From a virus (lineage: Duplodnaviria > Caudoviricetes): 56,171 bases of DNA. This document shows, one piece after another, positions 9,641-18,398 of the stretch (position 1 is the stretch's first letter; every line of letters begins with the position of its first letter). Location: IMG/VR virus record IMGVR_UViG_3300049489_000406, positions 1 to 56,171 of that record, one strand, 5' to 3'. The translations under genes were made by a program, and so were the position numbers. The notes below the pieces were generated by a model, which saw nothing but the letters and a program-made list of their open reading frames with translations, had not been told where the DNA came from and did not search any database.

Positions 9641-9658
9641 TGTTAAATAGTTTATACT
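9624..9658 (+). promoter_or_regulatory. Promoter of the same family as the 54-55 kb repeats
   Basis: AAAACTATTTACATTAGTGTTAA is 21/23 identical to the 59-bp repeat core; TTTACA-16 bp-TATACT. Confidence 0.65.
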
Positions 9659-9689
9659 GCATGTATTGAAAAGTTAAAGAGACTAAAAC

Positions 9690-9842
9690 ATGGACCCTAA
9701 AGATATTGATTGGCTGTGCGGAGAATATGAGCCACCTGTTGACCTGTACACCGTACTAGTCAGGACGCCCGAAAGGATCTTACAGGTTCCAAGCCGTCTA
9801 TTAACGCTTGATAACTTAATCGCCGCAATTGATAACAGCTAG
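9690..9842 (+). CDS. Small hypothetical protein (50 aa, not in ORF track)
   Basis: MDPKDIDWLC...IDNS; first gene after the promoter. Confidence 0.55.
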   Translation: MDPKDIDWLCGEYEPPVDLYTVLVRTPERILQVPSRLLTLDNLIAAIDNS

Positions 9843-9852
9843 AGGTATAACT

Positions 9853-9990
9853 ATGAAATTTATCGTAATAGCCGCATCATTAGTTTTGTGCTCATGTTCA
9901 AGTTTAAAGTTTTACATTGTTGATTGGAACAATCAGGAGGACAGCCAAGGCTTGAAAAACTATCCATGCAATCACCAGCAAATGTGTTAA
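9853..9990 (+). CDS. Small lipoprotein (45 aa, not in ORF track)
   Basis: MKFIVIAASLVLCSC lipobox; GAGGT RBS. Confidence 0.65.
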   Translation: MKFIVIAASLVLCSCSSLKFYIVDWNNQEDSQGLKNYPCNHQQMC

Positions 9991-10002
9991 GGAGTGTAAA
10001 AA

Positions 10003-10167
10003 GTGTTGAGATCAATGAAATTGGCTATTCTCGTTGTCATTTTTGCCATTTGTGGGTGTACGAATTCGCTAGATGATAAAAGTAAAGACGATAAATGCAA
10101 ATGCGACTGTGATGATACCTCACTTGCATTCACACAGGGTTACGTCGTGGGTAATCTTATTCGGTAG
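10003..10167 (+). CDS. Small lipoprotein (54 aa, not in ORF track)
   Basis: MKLAILVVIFAICGC lipobox; AAGGAG RBS. Confidence 0.65.
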   Translation: MLRSMKLAILVVIFAICGCTNSLDDKSKDDKCKCDCDDTSLAFTQGYVVGNLIR

Positions 10168-10183
10168 TTTAAGGAGTGTAAAA

Positions 10184-10432
10184 ATGCCAGTTATTTATCT
10201 TATAGGGGCTTTGTTAACTATAAGCTTAATCGTGACAATGTTTGCTGACAGTGGATATAGAATAGAATATTTTGTTACATCCTTTATTGTCTTAATTCTA
10301 TTTACCGCAGCCGCTATTTTGCTTGTCTTAGCACTTGTCTCAGCATCGGACGGTAAATTAAGTGAATGCAAATCTTACAATCCAGCATCTGCATATGCTG
10401 TTGGGTATATTACTGGCAGGATTGTAAAGTAG
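10184..10432 (+). CDS. Small two-TM membrane protein
   Basis: AAGGAG RBS before MPVIYL; two hydrophobic helices. Confidence 0.65.
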   Translation: MPVIYLIGALLTISLIVTMFADSGYRIEYFVTSFIVLILFTAAAILLVLALVSASDGKLSECKSYNPASAYAVGYITGRIVK

Positions 10433-10434
10433 AT

Positions 10435-10833
10435 ATGAAATACGAATTTACCGGAGATACAAAAATAATCTATGTAGGATTTAATCTTACACCCGTAGTA
10501 CTACATAGAATACGCGCTATAAAGAATTTTTTGTATGACATCCCTTTTGGAAACTTTTGTATTGTAACAGGTGAGCTAGGGGGATGGATAGAGAAAGAAA
10601 GCAATTTGAGCCATGATGGAGATTGTTGGGTGACCGATGATGCTCAAGTCTATCAGGGCGCTACAGTTCGTGATAACGCCTCAATTCGTGGTAACGCTCA
10701 CATTTATGGTAAGGCGTTAATTTGTGACGATTCTATTGTTACGCATAACGCTAGAGTATCCGGTAACGCTATTGTGCGCGGAAAATCCATTATACATTCA
10801 TATATGCGGGTAACTGGTAATAAAGAGAGGTGA
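10435..10833 (+). CDS. Phage hexapeptide-repeat (left-handed beta-helix) protein
   Basis: KYEFT...RIRAI...GELGGWIEKE.NLS..G.CWV followed by GNA/DNA hexapeptides. Confidence 0.85.
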   Translation: MKYEFTGDTKIIYVGFNLTPVVLHRIRAIKNFLYDIPFGNFCIVTGELGGWIEKESNLSHDGDCWVTDDAQVYQGATVRDNASIRGNAHIYGKALICDDSIVTHNARVSGNAIVRGKSIIHSYMRVTGNKER

Positions 10834-11024
10834 TAGTGATGGGTATTAAAACAGATCTTAAAAGTCTTAATGAGTTTATGAAGGACTATAAAGAAAACCC
10901 TAAAAAGTATGAGGGTTTGAAATTGTATGACGCTTTAGATGTCTACAGAAATCCTAAGATTCGTGTTAGGGATTTTCAATACGTCGTCTGTTATCTTGCT
11001 GAGTTGTTAAAAGTTTACCAATGA
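10830..11024 (+). CDS. Hypothetical protein
   Basis: Coupled ORF with GAGG RBS. Confidence 0.6.
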   Translation: MIVMGIKTDLKSLNEFMKDYKENPKKYEGLKLYDALDVYRNPKIRVRDFQYVVCYLAELLKVYQ

Positions 11025-11045
11025 AATTGTAAAGAGAGGTGAAAC

Positions 11046-11540
11046 ATGCAAAACGTAGCAAACAATATCAAGATAAGTGAAATCGCAGTGGGCGTATTAA
11101 AGCGTCTATTTGATGCCGCAATAATTCTAACATTTATCGGAAGTTCTTACTACGTATACAACGCAATTAAACACAAGCAGGAGATGAAACATGCAACACT
11201 TAAACCCGTTGAGTCTAGTTATCTGTATAGGGCTATTGGGTCAGATGATAGCTTTAGTCTCTTACAAAATAATTCACGTGGACAGGTACATACTACCACC
11301 CATCGATCACATCACAATAAAGCAGTAGTTCATCATCACTCAATCAAGCATGCGCATCATGAGTTAACCCACCATAAAGCGCACGCGCATGTCACTGGCG
11401 GTAAGGTGCAAACGCATCATCACTCAATTAAGCACCCAGAGGGGCTACTTGTCATTGATAACGGTGCAGGAGTACACACGGGTGTATTAATCAATCACGA
11501 GAGTACATTGCCGATCCATGCCGTAAGGGGTGAGTCATGA
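11046..11540 (+). CDS. Membrane-anchored histidine-rich protein
   Basis: One N-terminal TM segment; His-dense tract containing HHHSIKH twice. Confidence 0.7.
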   Translation: MQNVANNIKISEIAVGVLKRLFDAAIILTFIGSSYYVYNAIKHKQEMKHATLKPVESSYLYRAIGSDDSFSLLQNNSRGQVHTTTHRSHHNKAVVHHHSIKHAHHELTHHKAHAHVTGGKVQTHHHSIKHPEGLLVIDNGAGVHTGVLINHESTLPIHAVRGES

Positions 11541-11959
11541 GTAAGAAATACGAGTTTACCGGAGAGACGAGAGTAGTTGTTTATAAAAAATCAGGTGATT
11601 TTGTAAACGTAAATCTAAAAAGGATACGCGCACTTAGGGATTTTGGAGATGTAAGAACAGGTGACCTTGGCGGTTGGATAGAGAAAGAGGACAATCTGAG
11701 TCAAGAAGGCAAATGTTGGGTATACCATAACGCAATCGCTGCTGGAAACTCTAAAATATCTGGTGGTGCTTGCATCAAGGATAATGCTCAGATATTTGAT
11801 AATATTAAAATATCTGAAATGGCTATTATAAGCGGTGAAGCAAGAATATCAGGCGATTCTATAATATCCGGCACGACTCACGTCTCAATAAATGCTTGTA
11901 TATTCGATTCTGAAGAATATCAAAGTGCGCGTACTCTTTTTAAAATAGGTGAGTCATGA
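11537..11959 (+). CDS. Hexapeptide-repeat protein, paralogue of 10435..10833
   Basis: KKYEFTGET...RIRALRDFGDV..GDLGGWIEKE.NLSQ.G.CWV. Confidence 0.85.
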   Translation: MSKKYEFTGETRVVVYKKSGDFVNVNLKRIRALRDFGDVRTGDLGGWIEKEDNLSQEGKCWVYHNAIAAGNSKISGGACIKDNAQIFDNIKISEMAIISGEARISGDSIISGTTHVSINACIFDSEEYQSARTLFKIGES

Positions 11960-12258
11960 GTAATAAATATAGAAGCACATACGAAGACATAGCGAAAATA
12001 GCAGATGAGCTTGTTAGAGTAGTAAAAAGGTCTAATCAATTCTGCAAAATAGGTGCGGACGATGAGGAGTATTGTCGCCGTGTTTTTATTACTATGTTGA
12101 GTGTATTTTGCACACAGATTGATGTCTGCTTCTATCCTGTAGTTGCTCTCCAAGAAGATGAGGAAGAAGTTGTAAGTTTTATGAATAAGTGTACCAACAA
12201 CATATATTTGAAATATGAGTCAAATGTAATCAATCAGTTGAGTAATATGGTTCATTAA
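11956..12258 (+). CDS. Hypothetical protein
   Basis: ATGA-coupled ORF. Confidence 0.65.
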   Translation: MSNKYRSTYEDIAKIADELVRVVKRSNQFCKIGADDEEYCRRVFITMLSVFCTQIDVCFYPVVALQEDEEEVVSFMNKCTNNIYLKYESNVINQLSNMVH

Positions 12259-12320
12259 ATAAGGCGAATGAATTTTGGGTGTTACTTGTAAAGATAGGAA
12301 AATAAAAGGTAAACACGATT

Positions 12321-12497
12321 ATGACTGACTATATAAAAGCCTTAGCCGATTTCATCGGATATTCAGCAGCCCTATGCGGCATGGTGTTCTTAATCATGAT
12401 CGCATATGCATACGTTAAAGATGTCAACGAGGGGGTGGCATGTAAGAGTGACGCGATACCCAGTGTGATTACTAAAGTGCAAGATACTTATTTTTAG
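12321..12497 (+). CDS. Small membrane protein (58 aa, not in ORF track)
   Basis: MTDYIKALADFIGYSAALCGMVFLIMIAY; one TM segment. Confidence 0.5.
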   Translation: MTDYIKALADFIGYSAALCGMVFLIMIAYAYVKDVNEGVACKSDAIPSVITKVQDTYF

Positions 12498-12508
12498 AGA
12501 GGTAGAAA

Positions 12509-12601
12509 ATGAAAAACAAAAAGACACTATGCATTGCAATCAATGTAGCAATTGGATTTATGGGAGTTGTAGCGTTCTTGGTTTGTTGGATGGGAGGGTA
12601 G
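12509..12601 (+). CDS. Very small membrane peptide (30 aa, not in ORF track)
   Basis: GAGGT RBS; MKNKKTLCIAINVAIGFMGVVAFLVCWMGG. Confidence 0.5.
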   Translation: MKNKKTLCIAINVAIGFMGVVAFLVCWMGG

Positions 12602-12604
12602 GAA

Positions 12605-12901
12605 ATGAGTGATCTAGTAGTGCCCAAACAAGATAAATGGAAGGAGTTAGTGTATAGGCATAAGGAATCCTTTAACCATTTCTTGTCTGATTTCATGCAA
12701 AAAGCTAATCCTGTCTTCTTAGAGTCTGTAAACTTCGCTCCCGAACATATTCAATTAGATTGTTTCCTTATGGAGATGCTTTTGCATTCATCTTTTCAAA
12801 GTTACGAGGATGTTTTAAAAGTTTTAAGATTGCATGCAATGAACACTATACTTTCCAAAAACGACTACATGGACGTATTAAAAAGGAGAAAACTATGCTA
12901 G
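12605..12901 (+). CDS. Hypothetical protein, paralogue of 15639..15890
   Basis: Shared KWxELV...F and PE....D..L....LH. Confidence 0.65.
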   Translation: MSDLVVPKQDKWKELVYRHKESFNHFLSDFMQKANPVFLESVNFAPEHIQLDCFLMEMLLHSSFQSYEDVLKVLRLHAMNTILSKNDYMDVLKRRKLC

Positions 12902-13704
12902 ATGAGAGCAATTTTACAATCACTTATTTTAACTCAGGTGAGCCTAGGGTTGTGTTTAAAAATAATATACACGTTGATGCGCTAGAAGTTATTAAGTGGG
13001 ACAGCATAAAACATCCAAACCTCATGGTTCCAATACTTATGGCTGATGCTATATCTACTCACACTAGGGTACATTTTCTTAAACCTCTTATCGCAAGTTA
13101 TTTACCGTTCAGTAGACATGATAGGAATTTCGCGGTTGGTGAGTATGCACACATTGACCCAGCTTTAAACGTGCTTGGTAGATACTTTAGCCGCATAAAA
13201 ACGCATGCTTTACATTGTGAAAATAGGTGGGGCAATTTCATAGAAAACGTTTTAATCAATGAGGATAGCGTAGGTTCTCAAAATAAATTGATCATTTATC
13301 CGGATGCTTCGGCGTACAAGCACTATTCAAGAGATAGCAGAAAACCATATTATTTTCTTGAGAAGAAAAGAAATTTAGCCGATGTGGTAATTTCTTCATT
13401 GCAAGAAGATGCTATACGCGCTGCTTGTGCTGTGAATAATTATGAAGAGATACTATTACTTGATGATATTTGCGATGGTGGAAGAACGTTAATCGAATCC
13501 GCAAAATACATTAGAAATAATATTAACAATAGCACACCAATTAGAGCATGTGTATATCACGCATTCCCTACGTTCATAAAAAATAATCTATGGGAGTATG
13601 TAGATAGACTTTACGTTATTAATGCAGATTCATACAACAGTCTCATTGGTTTATCAGATATACCTAGTAACTTTTTACATAAAATAGAGGATGATCTATG
13701 CTAG
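12895..13704 (+). CDS. Ribose-phosphate pyrophosphokinase-like protein (probable NARP1 ADPR-PP synthetase, Adps)
   Basis: F.SGE, YLPFSRHDR, YPDASA, LLDDICDGGRT PRTase motif; AGGAG RBS; overlaps the NAMPT-like gene. Confidence 0.8.
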   Translation: MLDESNFTITYFNSGEPRVVFKNNIHVDALEVIKWDSIKHPNLMVPILMADAISTHTRVHFLKPLIASYLPFSRHDRNFAVGEYAHIDPALNVLGRYFSRIKTHALHCENRWGNFIENVLINEDSVGSQNKLIIYPDASAYKHYSRDSRKPYYFLEKKRNLADVVISSLQEDAIRAACAVNNYEEILLLDDICDGGRTLIESAKYIRNNINNSTPIRACVYHAFPTFIKNNLWEYVDRLYVINADSYNSLIGLSDIPSNFLHKIEDDLC

Positions 13705-15173
13705 TAAATAACCCATTAATGCTTACTGATTTTTATAAGACTGGGCATATTAAACAGTATCCTCCAGGCACCACGCTTATATACTCTAACATGACCGCGA
13801 GGGATGATAAGTATACAATTTGCAATGAATCACCACTATATAATCATAAAGTGATTATGTTTGGTTTACATCATTTCATCTCTTTACTTAAAAATGAGCT
13901 TGACTCAATGAATTATAGAATGGCAGACGTGTATATGGATTTGGTTAAAGAAAGCACAGGAGTAGATCTAAACCCAAAAGATTACTACCGTTTACTTACT
14001 ATCAGTGGCATACCTTTGGAAATTAAAGGGTTTGAAGAAGGTGAGCTTGTTCCTGTAGGCATTCCATTGATAACTGTTCAGAACACGAATACGTCATTTT
14101 TTTGGCTCACCAATTTTATAGAAACCTGGATGAGTTCAGAAATTTGGAAGTGCATCAACAACGCAACAATAGCTTATGAGTACAAGAAGCTATTTACATA
14201 CTACGCCATGCAAACATGCGACACTATCGATCACGTAGACTTCCAAGGGCATGATTTTAGCTTTCGAGGAATGTCTGGCGCAGATGATGCTATTCTAAGC
14301 GGATTGGCTCATTTGACATGCTTCAAAGGCACCGACACGCTTCCTGCTATATATTACGGGAAAGTGTTGTACGGAAAAGATGTGACAGGGTACAGCATTC
14401 CCGCGACCGAGCATTCTGTAATGAGCGCTTACGGAGAAGATAACGAGCTTGAAACTTTTAGACATCTTATTAACGATGTCTACCCTTCTGGCTTAGTGTC
14501 CATCGTTAGTGACACTTGGGATTTTTGGCGTGTTATGAATGACTACTTGTCTATCCTCAAGGATGACATCCTAAAGCGTGAGGGTAAAGTAGTATTCCGA
14601 CCAGATAGCGGCAATCCTGCTGATATTGTTTGCGGCACAGCAACAGAAATTGGTGCTATTGAAGCCCTAGCTAATGTTTTTGGATTTAGTACGAACAGTA
14701 AGGGCTATAAAGAGCTAAACCCAAAAGTAGGACTGATCTACGGCGATGGAATCACAATTAAAACAGTCATTGACATACTCGAGAGATTAAAAGCCAAAGG
14801 CTGGGCGTCTAATAATATTGTCTTCGGTATTGGATCGTATACGTACCAGTACAGCACACGTGATAGCTTTTCTTTCGCTATGAAATCTACTTACACTGAA
14901 AGAGACGGCAAAGGGTATGAAATTTTCAAAAGCCCTAAAACTGGACAGTACAAAAAGTCCGCACGTGGTTTGATACGAGTCGATAAAAATGATAACGGAG
15001 AATTCACTTTTACTGATAGAGTGTCCAGGGGTGAGGAGCTAAAAACTTACTTAACTACGTATTTAAGCAAATACGGAATACAATACGATCACTCATTTAC
15101 AAGCATAAGAGATAAGATCAATGAAAACATACAAAAAGAGTTAAGCAATGCTGGAAAAGATAGTAATATTTGA
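13698..15173 (+). CDS. Nicotinamide phosphoribosyltransferase-like protein (probable NARP1 Namat)
   Basis: TDFYKTGH..QYP, HDFSFRGM, FKGTDT, SIPATEHSVM, VSDTWD, RPDSG, IYGDGIT. Confidence 0.92.
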   Translation: MLVNNPLMLTDFYKTGHIKQYPPGTTLIYSNMTARDDKYTICNESPLYNHKVIMFGLHHFISLLKNELDSMNYRMADVYMDLVKESTGVDLNPKDYYRLLTISGIPLEIKGFEEGELVPVGIPLITVQNTNTSFFWLTNFIETWMSSEIWKCINNATIAYEYKKLFTYYAMQTCDTIDHVDFQGHDFSFRGMSGADDAILSGLAHLTCFKGTDTLPAIYYGKVLYGKDVTGYSIPATEHSVMSAYGEDNELETFRHLINDVYPSGLVSIVSDTWDFWRVMNDYLSILKDDILKREGKVVFRPDSGNPADIVCGTATEIGAIEALANVFGFSTNSKGYKELNPKVGLIYGDGITIKTVIDILERLKAKGWASNNIVFGIGSYTYQYSTRDSFSFAMKSTYTERDGKGYEIFKSPKTGQYKKSARGLIRVDKNDNGEFTFTDRVSRGEELKTYLTTYLSKYGIQYDHSFTSIRDKINENIQKELSNAGKDSNI

Positions 15174-15600
15174 CTTAGATGGAACCCTTAGTGACGACTC
15201 ACACAGAGAACACCACATAAGGAATCATCCTCAGAATTGGGAAGAGTACAACAAACACCAATTGCTTGATCCACCAAACATAGCAATTACCAAGATGTTT
15301 GAGGTGTTTTTGCACTCCAAATCTATTAAGCCAGTAATAATAACTGGTAGAACAGAAAGATACAGGAATAAAACTGTTGAATGGATTAAAAAGCATATTA
15401 ATTTAGGTGATTCATTTCCTGACCTGTTTATGAAACACAATGATGATTTTAGAACTGGGCACTTCTTTAAAAGGGAAACAGTGGAGAAATTAATGATAAA
15501 TCACGATGTTCTTTTTGTTGTTGATGATAGGGACAGCGCGGTGAAAATGTGGAGGGATGAAGGATTTACCTGTCTTCAATGTAGGTATGGCGATTTTTAA
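15148..15600 (+). CDS. HAD phosphatase, T4 PseT/PNKP 3'-phosphatase-like
   Basis: FDLDGTL, TGR.E, FK, DDR...V.MWR..G..CLQ...GDF. Confidence 0.9.
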   Translation: MLEKIVIFDLDGTLSDDSHREHHIRNHPQNWEEYNKHQLLDPPNIAITKMFEVFLHSKSIKPVIITGRTERYRNKTVEWIKKHINLGDSFPDLFMKHNDDFRTGHFFKRETVEKLMINHDVLFVVDDRDSAVKMWRDEGFTCLQCRYGDF

Positions 15601-15638
15601 AAATGAGAAGAACGAAAACATACAAAAGGAGTTAAGCA

Positions 15639-15890
15639 ATGAACGAGAGTAAAAAGTGGCTAGAACTGGTACAGAAACAGGAAAAAAGATTTAAGAATGC
15701 GGTCAATAGTGTTATTTCTCAGATAAATAAATCTTATTTTGAGGAATTGGAATCAGTGCCTGAAAAGTTTAGTGTAGATTATATTTTATTGAACGCATAT
15801 CTTCACGCTTATGACTTCCATGACGACTTCATTAATAACTATGTACCTACGGATTTACGCGAAAGTGTAAAAAAGTGTTTAACTATTTAA
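15639..15890 (+). CDS. Hypothetical protein, paralogue of 12605..12901
   Basis: AGGAG RBS; shared motifs. Confidence 0.65.
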   Translation: MNESKKWLELVQKQEKRFKNAVNSVISQINKSYFEELESVPEKFSVDYILLNAYLHAYDFHDDFINNYVPTDLRESVKKCLTI

Positions 15891-15906
15891 CTTTTAGTGT
15901 TATACT
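15878..15906 (+). promoter_or_regulatory. Probable extended -10 promoter upstream of rtcB
   Basis: TGTTATACT, then ATGTATTGAAA as found downstream of the 9.6-kb promoter. Confidence 0.5.
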
Positions 15907-15933
15907 AGATGTATTGAAACTTTAAGAAGTACA

Positions 15934-17139
15934 GTGATGAAAACTGTAGAGATCATAGAAGGTTTTAATGGCGGCATGGCTAAAGCGTGGATTAAGTACG
16001 TTCCACTCGATGGAAACGCTATTGAGCAAGTGCGCCAAACTTCTGACCTTCCTTTTATTTTTAAGCATGTAGCGGTAATGCCTGATGCGCATTACGGTGT
16101 GGGAAGCACAGTAGGCAGTGTAATACCTACAAAAAATGCAATTATTCCTGCGGCTGTAGGAGTAGATATAGGGTGCGGCATGATTGCAGCTAGGCTTTCA
16201 ATTAGTGCATCTAATCTGCCAGACAACTTGGCTGAGATGAGATCGCGCATAGAGTCTACCGTACCCACGGGATTTTCTAATTTCAAAGAACCTCAAAATA
16301 CAGCTATAAACCGTTGGAGCAGTGATTTATCTTTAAATTTCAATAAGTTTATAGCTAATTCAGTGCCAGGAGCTGATGAGAAGATATGCTTAAACCAATT
16401 GGGTACGCTAGGATCAGGCAATCACTTCATTGAGCTATGCATTGATGAAGAGCAGAGGGTGTGGATTATGCTGCACTCGGGGTCGAGAGGCATAGGCAAT
16501 AAGATAGGATCGCACTATATCAGTCTTGCAAAGACTGAGATGGATCGCCTTGGTATAAAATTGCCCAGTGAGAATTTATCCTACTTTACAAAAGAATCTC
16601 AGCACTTTGATGATTACTTTAACGCTGTCTTCTGGGCGCAAGAATACGCAAAGACTAACAGAGAAATTATGCTATTTAATACGCTAAATGCGGTACGTAA
16701 ATTTGTAAAGAATCCGCATCTAGCGGTTGAAGATTTTTGTGTTCAGTGTCATCACAATTATGTCTCTTTAGAGACACACTTCAATGAAGAGGTATACATA
16801 ACGAGAAAAGGCGCTATAAAAGCTGACAAAGGCGTGTACGGGATCATACCTGGGAGCATGGGTGCAAAATCTTTTATCGTGAAGGGCTTAGGCAATGAGG
16901 AAAGTTTTTGTAGCTGCTCCCACGGGGCTGGCAGAGTTATGTCAAGGGGTGAGGCTAAGAAGCTAATAGATTTAGATGATCACGAGCGCGATACTCAAGG
17001 TGTTGAGTGCAAAAAGGATATGTCTGTCATTGATGAAAGCCCGAGAGCCTACAAAAATATCGATTCAGTCATGAAATCCCAAGAGGACCTGGTAGAAATT
17101 GTGCATACGCTAAAACAGGTTTTGTGCGTTAAGGGTTAA
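15934..17139 (+). CDS. rtcB: RtcB RNA ligase
   Basis: MPDAH, AVGVDIGCGM, GTLGSGNHFIE, HSGSRG, HHNY, RKGA, IPGSMG, SCSHGAGR, DESP.AYK. Confidence 0.97.
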   Translation: MMKTVEIIEGFNGGMAKAWIKYVPLDGNAIEQVRQTSDLPFIFKHVAVMPDAHYGVGSTVGSVIPTKNAIIPAAVGVDIGCGMIAARLSISASNLPDNLAEMRSRIESTVPTGFSNFKEPQNTAINRWSSDLSLNFNKFIANSVPGADEKICLNQLGTLGSGNHFIELCIDEEQRVWIMLHSGSRGIGNKIGSHYISLAKTEMDRLGIKLPSENLSYFTKESQHFDDYFNAVFWAQEYAKTNREIMLFNTLNAVRKFVKNPHLAVEDFCVQCHHNYVSLETHFNEEVYITRKGAIKADKGVYGIIPGSMGAKSFIVKGLGNEESFCSCSHGAGRVMSRGEAKKLIDLDDHERDTQGVECKKDMSVIDESPRAYKNIDSVMKSQEDLVEIVHTLKQVLCVKG

Positions 17140-17156
17140 TAAAGCAGAGGTATGAA

Positions 17157-17687
17157 ATGACAAACATTATAGAGTTGGCGATCGAGCTTGAAAAGAAATA
17201 CGGCAGTTGGTGGCTTGAACGTGTACCAGAAAAAGACAGATCATACGAGTTATGTAGGCTAGCTGTGAAAGACACGGGATTTAACTTACGAGAAGTACCT
17301 GCGGAGTGTAAAACATATGAGATCTGCTTTGCAGCAATAAAGAAAAGTCCTGATGTCTTAGAGCATGTCCCGCACGAGCATAGAACGATGGAGCTATGCC
17401 TCGAGGCTACTCGTAAGACTTACAGTTTTATGCACATACCGGAGTCTATACTACAAGAGGTAAAGCAGAGAACAGATGAATATCGCGCAAACAAACTTGT
17501 AGAACGGGCGTGGAAAGTGATTGTTAAGCACGATGGAATGATGCTTAAAAACGTGCCTGACCAATTCAAAACTAAAGAAGTGTGTAGGTTAGCTTTTAAG
17601 GCTAACAATGACGCGGTCAATTACGTGCCACATTATCTACTTACTAGAGATATGAAGCGTTTTATAAAGTCAAAAGGTGATTTATGA
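17157..17687 (+). CDS. DUF4116-repeat protein
   Basis: Repeated L..VP...RT.E.C..A units. Confidence 0.8.
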   Translation: MTNIIELAIELEKKYGSWWLERVPEKDRSYELCRLAVKDTGFNLREVPAECKTYEICFAAIKKSPDVLEHVPHEHRTMELCLEATRKTYSFMHIPESILQEVKQRTDEYRANKLVERAWKVIVKHDGMMLKNVPDQFKTKEVCRLAFKANNDAVNYVPHYLLTRDMKRFIKSKGDL

Positions 17688-17995
17688 GAGAGCAATACAC
17701 AGCCAAAGATATTTTAATTGGTATTAGAGAATGCATAGCTTCTAACAAAGATTTAGACAAGTATTTAAAAGCTGAACCTATATTACGCCTTGCAGATTAC
17801 AGCATGAAGTACGTACCCAACGTGTGGATCACGCATAACAGCTACGAGTTAGCGTTTTTTGTATACGGTCGTATGATCAAACATCAAAAATGGAGTACGT
17901 TTTTGAGTTCGATAGATTTTTATACCGATCATTATGAATACAAAGAGGATATTATTATCTGCCCTTTTGATTTTAATTATTCTCAAAAAAAATAG
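17684..17995 (+). CDS. Hypothetical protein
   Basis: ATGA-coupled ORF. Confidence 0.6.
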   Translation: MREQYTAKDILIGIRECIASNKDLDKYLKAEPILRLADYSMKYVPNVWITHNSYELAFFVYGRMIKHQKWSTFLSSIDFYTDHYEYKEDIIICPFDFNYSQKK

Positions 17996-18020
17996 AATAC
18001 AAAATCACTTAAGAAAAAAT

Positions 18021-18398
18021 ATGAACAATTGGTCGCGCTTCTGGGAGAGACTAATAGTTGAGAAGTTTTGCCAAAAAGAAAAAATAGAGTCGAAGATAAA
18101 AAAAGATTTGATAGCTGGCGGTATTGATAGCCTCAGCGAATATCTAAATGAAAAACGGGTTGTTTTTATTTTTAGTGGTGTTGAAAATGTCCTAAATAGG
18201 ACTAGTGTAGTTGATGTGGATTCTGGTGATTGGTTCTTATCGCTCCCTTCGAGTATGAATGAGTTAAAGAGAGACAACATAGGGGTCATCATCTTTGTTC
18301 ATGAGAATTACGTAAGATCGGTCATCAGACAAAACTCAGGTCAAAGGCTAGCAGCGTATCAAAAATATAGTCTTTGCATAGAGAATGGTGACTTATGA
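18021..18398 (+). CDS. Hypothetical protein
   Basis: ORF filling the operon; start uncertain. Confidence 0.55.
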   Translation: MNNWSRFWERLIVEKFCQKEKIESKIKKDLIAGGIDSLSEYLNEKRVVFIFSGVENVLNRTSVVDVDSGDWFLSLPSSMNELKRDNIGVIIFVHENYVRSVIRQNSGQRLAAYQKYSLCIENGDL

